Below are positions 22,090-33,423 of a stretch of 35,102 bases of DNA, in pieces. Every line of letters starts with the position of its first letter. Position 1 is the first letter of the stretch. The translations under genes were made by a program, and so were the position numbers. Origin of the DNA: Macrostomum lignano (taxonomy: Eukaryota); the NCBI GenBank assembly GCA_002269645.1, contig NIVC01004781.1, positions 1 to 35,102 on the forward strand. Direction: 5' to 3'. The notes under the pieces were generated by a model. It was not told the DNA's origin and did not search any database. It saw only the letters and a list, made by a program, of their open reading frames with translations.

Positions 22090-23039
22090 TTGCTGCAATG
22101 TAGCATGGGTTAAACAGGTTTAGAAAATTCATTTTCGAATGAGTTACAGAGAGAAACTAAGATTTATAGCCAAATATATAAGCGGAGGAAAATTAAAAAA
22201 AGGATATAAACCTTAATCGGGCAGTTTCAAAGGACCGAGGGCCGGTTACGGTTAGAGAGGCTTATGCCCGCGGGCCGACCCCTGCTCTAGGTGACAAAAT
22301 ATCACGGCACAAGTCGCCGAAAAGTCGTCGAAGACTCAATTCAAGATGGTTTACTGTTTGCGACTCTTGGGGCTGTAGAGCCACTGAGTTGCATCTAAAG
22401 CGCAATTGCGTCACTTTATAAATCAGAATCGCATTCTGTGTTTATAAAACAACGATATTTTGTCTACTCAAGTTCTCGTATTACGAGTAGAAAGTTAAGC
22501 GCTAAAACATCGACTCTTGGGACGACTTCTTTTTGCGACTCTTTAAGATTCTACAGCTCGCGTGATGCGCTTTGTGACTTTGAGTTTACAGTAAACACCA
22601 GCAAGTTTAAGGACAGCTGTTATCCATTAATAAATAAACATTTGCTTAGACAAACAGTTTTTTCGTGCAAGGAAGAGAATGAATAGTTAATAGGTGTGTA
22701 AGCGTAAGGGAATTTATATTAGGTTAGCAATCCAAATAGCCAAGGAAGAACAACGTGAACTATAAAATGGATTGTGCAAGGAAGATGAGGAAAATAATTT
22801 TATCTAGATCAAATTCACGTACTTTGCCTTGCGGCTTTTTCTGCGCTTTAGGAGCCATTGGCGTATTTTACTAAACTGTATGTCTCAAACTTTACTCAAT
22901 ATAATATTATTAGGGAAAATTATTGCAAGCTACTGCAAGTAGCAAGATGAGGGCACTAGCAGAAATACAAAAAATGCACCGGGTTTTTATCAATCATTTG
23001 AAAGCCAGCATAAAATGCTGATTAAACTGATTAAATTGA

Positions 23040-23520
23040 CACTCTGGGAGGCTGGCCGAGCAACTGAGGACCTGGAAGGCTGCCCCAGCCACTAAGGATC
23101 TGTGAGGCTGGCCGAGCAACTGAGGATCTGGGAGGCTGCCCCAGCCACTGAGGATCTGGGAGGCTGGCCGAGCAACTGAGGATCTGGGAGGCTGCCCCAG
23201 CCACTGAGGATCTGTGAGGCTGGCCGAGCAACTGAGGACCTGGAAGGCTGGCCCAGCAACTGAGGATCTGGGAGGCTGGCCCAGCAACTGAGGATCTGGG
23301 AGGCTGGCTCAGCAACTGAGTATCTGGGAGGCTGGCCCAGCAACTGAGGATCTGGGAGGCTGCCCCAGCAACTGAGGATCTGGGAGGCTGGCCCAGCAAC
23401 TGTGGATCTGGGAGGCTGGACCAGCAACTGTGGATCTGGGAGGCTGGCCCAGCAACTGGGGATTTGGGAGACTGGCCCAGCAAATGAGGATCTGGGAGGC
23501 TGGACCAGCAACTGAGGATT
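23040..23520. repeat. 28-bp minisatellite GGAGGCTGGCCCAGCAACTGAGGATCTG, 3' of MRPL45
   Basis: About 17 tandem units. Confidence 0.96.
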
Positions 23521-23787
23521 TGAGAGTTATTTACAATAAACTTACGATAAAAAATGAAATTATAAATAAAAACGAATACGGAAAAACATTTTATTAACAA
23601 ATATTAATAGCAAGGCAAATTTCGGTTTACTTTCTGAAAATTTAAGCTACGCCAATAACATTACTTCAATACTAATTGAAATCATATTCGATATAGATAC
23701 TAAAAGCATTAAATTGAAATAGAATTTTCAGATTTAAGTCGAATATTTTAAACAAACAAAAAACAACTGCACCAAATCGATTGCATA

Positions 23788-24132
23788 TCAAGCAGCCTGA
23801 TCGTAGTAGCGAAATGTGGGCAACAGGGGCAGCCGGTTATCCTTAGACTGGTAGCGCCCGTGCAGCAGCCACTGGTGAAACTCGGCAGTTGCGTTACATT
23901 CGTACACGGGGAATTCCACCAGCTCGCGCGGAGTCTCCCACGAGCCGAGGATCAGCCGGCCGAACCTGTCAAATATTGCCCGGCGCTGTCTGAGGTGAAC
24001 GCGCACAGTGGCTTGAACAAATTGCAGATCTCGACCGATTTCTTGTTTAGCAAATTTCATTATCTTCGGCTCGCTGACTACTGACAGTAGTTCGAAGCGG
24101 TACGACCGGTTTAGAATGTCGTCCGTCATGCA
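23788..24132 (-). CDS. MRPL45: MRPL45 (mL45, Tim44-like) last exon
   Basis: VQATVRVHLRQRRAIFDRFGRLILGSWETPRELVEFPVYE matches [25 protein letters not shown]...PKDVLEYVVFE. Phase-0 ttttccAG acceptor; AATAAA at 23595-23590. Confidence 0.93.
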   Translation of the reverse strand, partial: CMTDDILNRSYRFELLSVVSEPKIMKFAKQEIGRDLQFVQATVRVHLRQRRAIFDRFGRLILGSWETPRELVEFPVYECNATAEFHQWLLHGRYQSKDNRLPLLPTFRYYDQAA

Positions 24133-24169
24133 CTGGAAAAATTGATAGGAGAAAATGGTGGGAAGCTGG

Positions 24170-24660
24170 GATCAACTGAGGATCTGGGAGGCTGAGTGGC
24201 AAAGCAACTGAGGATTTGGGAGGCTGGTCCTGCCCAGCAACTGAGAATCTGTGAGGCTGGCCCAGAAACTGAGGATCTGTGAGGTTGACCCAGAAACTGA
24301 GGATCTGAGGCTGGCCCAGCAACTGAGGATATGTGAGGCTGGTGGCCTAGCAACTGAGGATATGGGAGGCTGGTGGCCTAGCAACTGAGGATATGGGAGG
24401 CTGGTGGCCCAGCAACTGAGGATATGGGAGGCTGGCCCAGCAACTGAGGATCTGTGAGGCTGGTGGCCTAGCAACTGAGGATATGGGAGGCTGGCCCAGC
24501 AACTGAGGATCTGGGAGGCTGGCCCAGCAACTGAGGATCTGGGAGGCTGGCCCAGCAACTGAGGATCTGGGAAGCTGGTGTCCCAGCAACTGAGGATCTG
24601 GGAGGCTGGCCCAGCAACTGTGGATCTGGGAGGCTGGCCCGGCAAATAAGGATTTGGGAG
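24170..24660. repeat. Same 28-bp minisatellite family (plus 31-bp GGCTGGTGG variants) in MRPL45 intron 2
   Basis: Unit shared with 23040-23520, same orientation. Confidence 0.95.
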
Positions 24661-24718
24661 GTTTAGCAAAGCTCTTAAGCAAAAATTAACAAGAAAGCAT
24701 TCAATTATCGATTTATAC

Positions 24719-24776
24719 CTTGAATCCTCGCGGTGTCAAATGATTTTCAAGTAGATTTTCGGCATTCTTATTAAGA
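24719..24776 (-). CDS. MRPL45: MRPL45 58-nt internal exon (not in ORF track)
   Basis: atttcAG and GTATAA boundaries; phase 2 in, phase 0 out, exactly bridging the neighbouring exons. Reads (D)LNKNAENLLENHLTPRGFK. Confidence 0.82.
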
Positions 24777-24872
24777 CTGAAATGTGTTGAGATTGATATC
24801 AGTTCAAGATGAATAACACAGAAGTTTTAGCAAAAAAAGGAAACAATACGGCAGCAGAGCCGATATACTCAC

Positions 24873-25375
24873 TCCTGCAGCTGCTCATTAACAGACACAT
24901 AGTCATCCTGCAACAGGCGGGCCAGCTCCTCCTTGCCACCGCTAGGAATCAGATCATTATTCTTCAATAGATTCTCCGCCTCTCTATGCGAACTTTTCGG
25001 CTTCTTCTGGTCCCAGAGTCTGGCGGTTTTATTCACCAGACTGCGCAGGCCGCTGCCCTCTACAGCGTCAGCTTCTTCCATTGGTTCGAAGATCCGATCG
25101 GATGACCGATGGAACAGGCTGCCGTGCAGGAATGGCAGAGTCTGTATCTGACTGTGCGACTGCATCAGTTTAATTCGATCTGGCATACTGCGCTGCCGGC
25201 CGAATTCATCTTCAAACCAAACGCTGGGCCGATTGCGCAGCTCCGGCCCGAATTCGTGCACTCTTAATTGGCGAATTATTTTAAAGCGCGGATGCCACGG
25301 CTTGTGGCGAGCGTAGCGGACTGGCTGGAAGCCTAGCAGGATTCGGCCGCAGCCAATACAGGAGGAGGCTGAGGC
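24873..25375 (-). CDS. MRPL45: MRPL45 first coding exon; begins at a phase-0 acceptor with no ATG
   Basis: ctaac branch site and aacttgcAG|GCC TCA GCC. Reads ASASSCIGCGRILLGFQPVRYARHKPWHPRFK...; GTGAGT donor at 24872. Confidence 0.88.
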
Positions 25376-27840
25376 CTGCAAGTTAAACGAACAGGTAGTT
25401 AGGTCAGGTATCAAAAAGGGTATTTATTACAATAGGTGTATATTTAGAGATTTCATTTAGTTGCTATCTTGGCAATTTTACATCTCAAGGTTTTTAATTC
25501 ATTGAATTCCAATAATTCAGAACAAAAACTTAATTGTAACAAACCTAGATTGACTAGAGGCCAATTAAACTAAAAACTATTGGACTACAGTCTTGAAATT
25601 GCATTTGAAAAAAGTAATAGGTTTTTACCTCAGAATTATATGTTGCACTAACTTTATTTTGTAAAGTATTTTATAAGCCAAGTTATTAATGCATATACTT
25701 TCAATGCTTTTGTTTTCAATAAATGTATGCAATTTATTGTATAAATATACTATTACATTAGACTTTCTGGCACTAAAATGCAAAATTGCATCTAAGGTCT
25801 AATTTCAAGATGCGATTTGAAGTCACATTGTTATATAACTCCCCTATTCATGAATGCATAACACCCAGCTAAGCTAGCCAATCTGACTTAGCCAAGGTAA
25901 ATTGCAAAAATGCCCACCCAAAAATTACTACTATTAAACAAAACAATGAAAATTTTTGTTTAAATTATTTAAATCATTGTTATAAATTATTTAAATCATT
26001 GTTTAAATTATTAAACAATGAAATGTGGAAGCAGATGGATATTACCAATTTTTGTCCAATTTTTATATTGGATAAAGCTGCTCACCAAATATTGGGTACA
26101 TTGTCTAATTAAATAAAGGTCAATATCAGCAGTAAGTATTAGATATTTATTTGATTTGCCTATGCATTTTGTCACATCTTAGATATCTTCAAGGTCAAAA
26201 TTTATTTGAACCAAACAAAATGTATCAGCAACTCAAATAATTAACTAATACTTAATGTTGATATTGACCTTTATTTATCTACTCTTCATTAAGCGAGCCA
26301 CTTTACCTGATTTCTACATTGTCTAATTATTTTAGTTTTTTTGTCCAAATCTCAATCAATTTCTTGTCCATTTCCAATCTAGATAAGAAATGATAAGAAA
26401 AATGTATAATCTTTCATCTAGTCTATCTAAATTGCAGTAAAAAATTGAATGCAAGGCATTTGAAACAAACAAAAAATGGCTTGCAAGGTAAAATGCACAA
26501 ATTTAAGCTATACAAATGCTTTCCCTTTTATTTGCTCTTGTTTGAGGAAGATGTGCTATAGCAGCTTTGGCAAATGTAAGATGACATTAAAATCAGCAGT
26601 TATCTTAGCACTTATCTATTCTATTGAGGGTTTATTGTGATCTAGATTATAATAGAAGGCAACATTAGATGTCAAAATCAATAGACAAATGAGATAGAAG
26701 TGCATGATATTCCTATTTACTTTCTTACATCTGCAAATGTTTCAAATATTACTAAGCTTAAAAGTGAGAATGAGTTGTAACATATGTTGTACAACCTACT
26801 TTACTCAAGATGATCAGCATATAGACTTATATCCTAGTAAACTATAGTCTCCTAGAGGCCATTCCATGGAAAATTCCAGCATGCAAGAGCCTTTGGTATC
26901 CAGTGTATGGCATGTATTGCATATAAGACAAGAAGACTAAGCAAATTTAGACTAAACAAAGTGTAAATACATAATTTTTTTGCAATGATTTAACAAATTT
27001 TAAAGAAGTGGCAAACCTATTTTTGCAAAATTTTGAAGCTTAACATTTTATTTTTTTATAAATATAATACAAAGATATAAGTATGAATTTAAGTCAGTAA
27101 ATTAAAAGTTCATATTCTAATAGACTTTTTGTTTTGATTGATGTTTCATAAAATCATCACTCAGTTTCAAAATATACTCTTTCTTGCTGTTTAGAGGTTA
27201 ACCCATAGCCTGGATCATGCTGGGTGCTCACCCAAAGAAAAATTGAATATAGAAAAATGCATGCCAAAAATGTAGTATATGCCTATTCTAAAAAATATAC
27301 TGGTCATGCATTTTTGCAGCTTACCTTGGCTGGGCCCTTGCCAGCCAGCTGGATCGACTTGGTGTTACATCTGGATGATCAATATAAGGACAAAACAAGC
27401 TTAATTATGGTGTAAGGATTAAAATTCTATATGTGGCATATTTTTATTTTGAGAATAAAAGAAAAACTATAATTAGTTATATTTTTTAAAGGACTAATGC
27501 AAAATAATCTACAAGAAAAATGCTAAAAATGACATATAAAGAATGAAAATCCATTGAATAGTTCAAAAGTTATGTTAATTATAACTTGGAAAATCAGACC
27601 TTTTGAGCAAAAAATGATCACATTGCTTTATGGGAAAATTGCATTATGAAAGTATAAAAAAATATGACACTAAAAGTACTTTTTTATTACTTGACCAAAA
27701 TTCAAAAGTGAGGTGTCTTTTTACTCATACAAATAAGATCTATTATACTACATAGTTAAAAATAAGAAATTTAGAAGTTTATAAAAATCTCACTGGACCT
27801 CCTACTACCATGTGACTCTGGTCTCTGGGTCATTTGCAAA

Positions 27841-28436
27841 AGGCAGTGCTTATCCCCACGGTACCATAGGAATAATTTCTGTCTTATCCCAACGGTACCG
27901 TGCGAATAATTTTCTGCTTATCCGCATGGCACACTGAGGAGATAGCTGCCCTATCTTCTACATATGCCGTGCAAATAATTTTCTGCTTATCCGCACGGCA
28001 CACTGACGAGATAGCTGCCCTACATGTCCTCTGTTTTATTCCCTCTGCTTTACTAGCTGCCCTATCTGCTACATATATATGCTGTGCTGTGCGTGAATAG
28101 TTTATAGCTTATTGAAAGGGAATTTGAACTGAGGATACTAAGAAGCTGTTGATCTTGATGTAAAAACTCGAATAAGTTCTAGACTAGTATATGCATGTGT
28201 AAATGCGTGTTATTCTGCTTTACTGATACCCTTCTGTATACTTATTCAACAATAATTCCACAAAGTTGTTCTATTGCACTCAAATCGTATGTACTAAACT
28301 TCCCACACGGCATATATAGAAGATAGGGCAGCTATCTCGTCAGTGTGCCATGCGGATAAGCAGAAAATTATTCGCACGGTACCGTTGGAATAAGACAGAA
28401 ATTATTCCTACGGTACCGTGGGGATAAGCACTGCCT
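27841..28436. mobile_element. Non-autonomous foldback/MITE-like element with ~130 bp terminal inverted repeats
   Basis: AGGCAGTGCTTATCCCCACGGTACC...TATCTTCTA.ATATGCCGTG at left and its near-perfect reverse complement at 28306-28436. Internal ~57 bp subterminal duplication; no ORF. Confidence 0.85.
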
Positions 28437-29891
28437 ATGCAAAAAGCTTTATTTAGGGTAGTCTAGTCTTAAAAAGCTAGTCTAGACTTGGATTTTGTAT
28501 GCAGAAACACAAAGTTGAACTGGTCTGCTATAGACAGAACTAAGGTAGCTAGACCATAGACTATAGACTGAACTACCCAAGTCCGGACTAACTAGTCTGG
28601 ACTAACCTTTCTGCATACAGCTGTCTGTCAGCACTTTTATACCTTGGTATATCCTCCCTATAGAAAATTTACCTTGGTGTATCCCCCAATAGGAAATGTC
28701 TGGCTATGCCCCTGCAACTTATTCCAATAAGGCAATTTCATTAATTTAAAATATATATGGCCACTAATATAAGCTAAGTAAAATTTATAGTCTAACTACT
28801 TAAATAGTAGCAACAAAGTAAAAAAGCATTTTATAGTACTTTTATAATGATTAGATGCACTTGACTATAGTCTTTGAGAACCATTTAAAAGCAATTCTTG
28901 TTTAATTATTTTTTACTTAAAAACAGCTTTTATTTTTCAACAAGGGTTGACAAAAAGAGCAACTAAGTTGCAATGCAAAACAAAAGGATCAGGAAAGTTG
29001 CAACAAAAGCAACAAAGTCGCAAAAGGAGCAAACTAAGATACGAAAGAAATTTCTGCTTTAACGCAAACCAGTTACAGCCAAGAAGCCACGTTGGAACTT
29101 GCACATTAAAGGCAAATTGAGACGAAGACTACATATTTGATTGGCGAATACAACCAATCTACATCCTAAATTTTGCGAGTGTAAAACAACATATTTTAAT
29201 GTTTAAATTTTATCATTTTTAACAAAACTTTTTTTTATTAAACATTTTGTTTAAGAAGAAGGTAAGCAAACTGTTTATAAAGCAGAAAACTATTTAAAAA
29301 ACATTATAATAAGATTTTACACTTAAATACTATAATGGCTTTGCTTAAACGAATAACTAAATATATACATTGTAAATAAGCAACGTAAATAATTATAATA
29401 GCAATCGAATGATCCAGGAATATTCTACCGCCGGACTATTCGTCTGCCCTGATTAAATGCAGTGGACTATTCGTCTGCCGGTGCTAAATAGTGAAGACGC
29501 TTTGGTGTTGCAGATTTGCAGACTGATTCCTGCTCTCGGAACTCAACTCGATCGGTTTTCATCTACGGTGTGGACGCACTCAATCGTCTTCTGCTTGAGA
29601 CTGACCAGGAGTCCCCCGTTTCCCTCCCTAGCGTCAACTGCTATTACAGTATCCATGCATCGAGATCTTTTTACTTGCCAATTCCTCTGAATGTGCAGGT
29701 TGGACATGCAGCTCCGAGTTATAATAGATTTATCGTAAAACGATCCAAATGCAACCCAAAAAATCGTTTTTGTCCTATTTGCATGTACATGTATAATTAA
29801 AGTCGTACTTCATGTATACGAGCTAACAAAATTTAACTATAAATGCGACTTCAGGGCTTATATAAGAGCGTAGAGCTGATTATAGCTACTA

Positions 29892-30887
29892 AAAATGCGC
29901 AAATTACACTTACATGTAGTAAACAACATTTTATTAGAATTTTTAAGGTTATTTTTGCATGCTACACACAGTACACACACATGTGCATATTTATGCGCAG
30001 TTATATATGTAATGCAGACCGTCATATTTTCAAAGAAAATTTTCTGTGCCAAACAATTTCCCATGAGTGCAAAATTCACATGAACACAACAATGACATAC
30101 AGTGTAATTGTCAACTTAAAATCATTGTTAGGAAGACTGTGGTTGTCTTCAGTTGAGGTGGACCCGACAAGGGCCGTTTTAGCGAAAGCAAGTGCCATTT
30201 CTATAATATTGTTAATTTGATGGTCTCGTACTCTAACGTCTGCTTATAGTAATGCCCAAGGAATTTTAACAACATTGCGTGTCGACGTTCGTAAAGCCTA
30301 TGTACAATGCGATCGATAATTCCTGTTTTTCAAGTTGGTTTTTCGCGCCGGCCAATAGGAAAGCCGCGCATAATTATGCTAGCCTGAAATTAAGCTTTGT
30401 CGTGCACCCACCCCCAGCCCGCTCGTTATTATAGTCCTGTCTGGCTTGGGGCGCCCCGGGGTTAGTCCTTGTTTTCCGGCCGGCGATCTCTCGCTCTCCC
30501 TCTCCGCTGCGAATAAATATCTGCGTTTCGTTTGAGCGTAGCGCTGGTCGGATGCTTTTTATATCTGGCTCTCGATCGGCCAGTATACCGGGTATGCAGT
30601 AATCTGATATAGCTAGCTGCTAAATGCGCAAAATAACACTTACAGAGTAAACAATTTACATTTTATTTAGAATTTTCTAGGAAAATTTGGCATGTAGCTA
30701 CGCAGTACACACACATGCATATATGTATGATAAATGGTTCATATATGTTTATATGCAGACCGCCATATTTTAAAAGAAACTTTCTGTGCTAATATACAAT
30801 TGGAATTCCTAATGAGTGCTAAATTCCCTGCATGAACACAACAATACTAAGGCGTATATTTTCAACTTAAATCATTGGTAGGATGAC
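29892..30887. repeat. Diverged direct repeat pair (~29892-30137 and ~30622-30887)
   Basis: Collinear shared motifs AAATGCGCAAA, CAGTACACACACATG, ATGCAGACCG, CATGAACACAACAAT and TCAACTTAAA.TCATTG. Confidence 0.8.
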
Positions 30888-31718
30888 ATCTCATTACGAA
30901 CCCCTTAAATGCAATGTACACAAAAAACTCATAGAAAGAGGTGATATATAATTAAAGCTGACGATAGCAATTCAGCTGTTACAATTTCTGATATATTATA
31001 ATATATTGATTGTGTAGCTGAATGAGCTATTGCGGATATCGACCTTTGAAAAATATCGACTGAATATATTTGTAAAAGTTAAATATTAAATCGAGGTAAA
31101 CGGCCTTTATTAAAGAAAAAAAGTTTTTTTGCACTTGTTATAATAGTGTTGCTAGAACTTTTGAAAGCAAGCGAATGAAAATTATATTCACTATAAAAAA
31201 TAAAATTAGTAAATAGGCTCATGCTGGCCGAAAGAATGGGAAAAAGTATGCAATGGATTTGCCCTTATACAATTGTAAATAATTCCAAAAAATATTGCGA
31301 TTCTATTGCAATAATCGAATTTAATGCACTTAAAAAGATAATAAGATTAATAGAAAAATACTGCCGTTATTGATTCTTTTTATGAGTTAAAAATCGAAAA
31401 CTCCTCCGAAAAGCCAGAAATTCGGAAAAAATCAACGTTCAGTTTGAGCAAATAGCTTTGTTACAACAAACTAGTAAAGTACACTTCCTAGGTTAATTTT
31501 GGTTCAATTATTATTTTCTCTTTTTTCATAACGATATAGATAATCTAAAAAATTTTTTCGTGCAATTCCTTTCGTAGCATAAGGCAACTTCATGTTACAC
31601 TGTAACTTCAAAATAGATTTCCCAGATACTAAAGATTTATATACTATAATTAGATGTAGATCGAGTGTTACAGAACAGCTTAAGCATGCATTCAACTGCA
31701 TCAGCAGGTTGCAGTAAT

Positions 31719-33346
31719 TCACCGCCTTCGTAAGATGTTGAATAAATGAACAGAAAACGACACAATACAAAGTAAATTCTTGCAAAAACTCAGAAAACGG
31801 AATTCATCAGCGAGATGCCAAAGCTGCACCAGCGTGTTCATGGCGTGGTGCGGCGAATTCACCACGGGCGACACAAACATTCTTATTGTGTCGAGATGGA
31901 AACAAAAATAAAAGCAGACTGAAACAGCCAGCAGAATCCAGACAATATGGTCGAAAATCGGCATTTTTTGTTGCGCTCCGACTTGTAAGTGTGGGCTGCT
32001 CTGCCTCTGCATCATCCGTGTAAAATGAACATCGTCTGTTGTCTGCAATCGCTTTTCGTCCTTAAGTTTCCTGGCTCTCTCCAGACAGAAATTCACGTGG
32101 TTCTGACTGTCGCTGAACTCAGTCAGTGTGCGCAGCTCCTCAAAATCCTCGCTGCCAGGACTGTCCTGAAGCTCCTGGAACCAGCTGTCAGTTTGTGACT
32201 TCCTGGAGTCGGCAAGAAGCTCAGCTCCGAGACTCCACCAGAGGCAGCGGAAGTTCACGTACAGGTGGGTCGGTCCTCGCTCCGGTCTCTTGACGCAGAT
32301 CAGGGATCTGGAGAACTCGGGCAGAAACTCCATCTCCGGCAGGTTGTGGTGAATGAAGCAGAACCGCCACAGCCAGTCCGATGTGATTTCGTCAAGGTGG
32401 CGCACATTTTCAGGCGACAGAGATCTGAGAACCTTGAGCTGAATTTGTCGCTGCAGAAGCTGTTTGGCTGTGCTCTCATCTTTGGATTTCAAGTGAGCCA
32501 TGGCCATGAGACACAGCTTGGCCATCATACAGCAGTCTGGCAGTCGCTCTGCTTGACTCAGCAAGGCTTCTTTGTCCCAAATTTCAGAGCGCAGCTCACC
32601 GAGAATTTCGAACACGATGCAGTAGATGTGAGCGAACTTGTCTTGCTTAACTTCCTCCTCATCTGGAGGCACTGTCAGAGGCAGCAGGGCGAACGGGTGG
32701 AAGTGGAAGACGTCAGATTCCAACGGACTCACGGTCTCGAGAAGGTGCCGTTCTACAATCTCGATGTTGTTCTTAATCTCAATCAGTTTTTCAAGGATTT
32801 CAACTTTTGATTTCAAAAAGGGGCCGCCGATTCCAGCATTTTTGACATATAAAAATGCGCCAGGAATGAAGAAGTGCGGCATACAAATGTCAGTACAGCC
32901 TTTGGCTTCCATCAGTTCAATCATCGTGTTTAAAGCCTTTGCTAGCAGGCTCCTGAGGTTCTCCCGACTCCAAGCGTCGCTAGGAAAAGTATGCAGAATG
33001 AAGAACATCAAAGTTCTAGCATGGTATGTCTTAAGCCCGGAGAGATGATACACTCTTGGTAAAAGCCTCTTAAAGATGAACTTGATGAGCACGAATAGCT
33101 GACCCTGGGTCTCGCTCAGGCCTCTCATGGTCTCCTTCTCATGAAAGCTGAAACTCACTCTCATCTCGTTGTCTGAGTTAGGTCTGGTAGCAGTCACCAG
33201 GTGCACCTTCATCGCTGATGCACCTGCTGGAAGCAGCTTCTGAACTCTCTTTGGGTGAGTGAGACTGCCACAGCACTGGTACGCATGGCATGTGTCTTCA
33301 GCAGGTCGAACTCCGCAAGCGTCCGCTGCCACCGCCGGCTGGCTTC
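31719..33346 (-). CDS. Mab-21/cGAS-like receptor (cGLR-type) gene, last exon: C-terminal NTase lobe, helical region and hydrophobic tail
   Basis: Phase-1 gttccAG acceptor after a 77-nt intron. Motifs EDTCHAYQC, VHLVTA, EMRVSFSFHEK, LIKFIFK, LKTYHARTLMF and MPHFFIPG follow the Mab-21 pattern (D.V.A..C, HLVP, WRLSFS..EK, L.SYHLKT, LPHYFIP). Confidence 0.85.
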
Positions 33347-33423
33347 CTGGAACAGGAATTCCGGAGCGGTTTGCGAATCCAATTTTGTTATATTATTAGT
33401 TTATTAGCTGATTAGCTACTTAC

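Noticed and set aside
20520-22123. Plus-strand ORFs over RPL6 (similarly over MRPL45, FAM20B and the cGLR gene)
   Set aside because: Antisense shadows of GC-rich coding exons.
18220-24682. Repeat ORFs at 18220-18801, 21040-21222, 22994-23600 and 24047-24682
   Set aside because: Periodicity equals the minisatellite unit; intronic or intergenic.
27324-27369. Exon-like segment with strong GTAAGC donor (CNTKSIQLAGKGPAK)
   Set aside because: It needs a further phase-2 upstream exon that I could not find, and has no recognisable homology.
29077-29106. Candidate cis first exon for MRPL45 (MCKFQRGFLA, phase 0, CCAAT boxes at 29140 and 29154)
   Set aside because: Weak GTAACT donor and poor start context, and the protein is already near full length without it. 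Kept as the main alternative to SL-derived AUG.
29457-30220. Short plus-strand ORFs at 29457-29800 and 29843-30220
   Set aside because: No recognisable domain or consistent splice model; the latter overlaps the AT-rich direct repeat.
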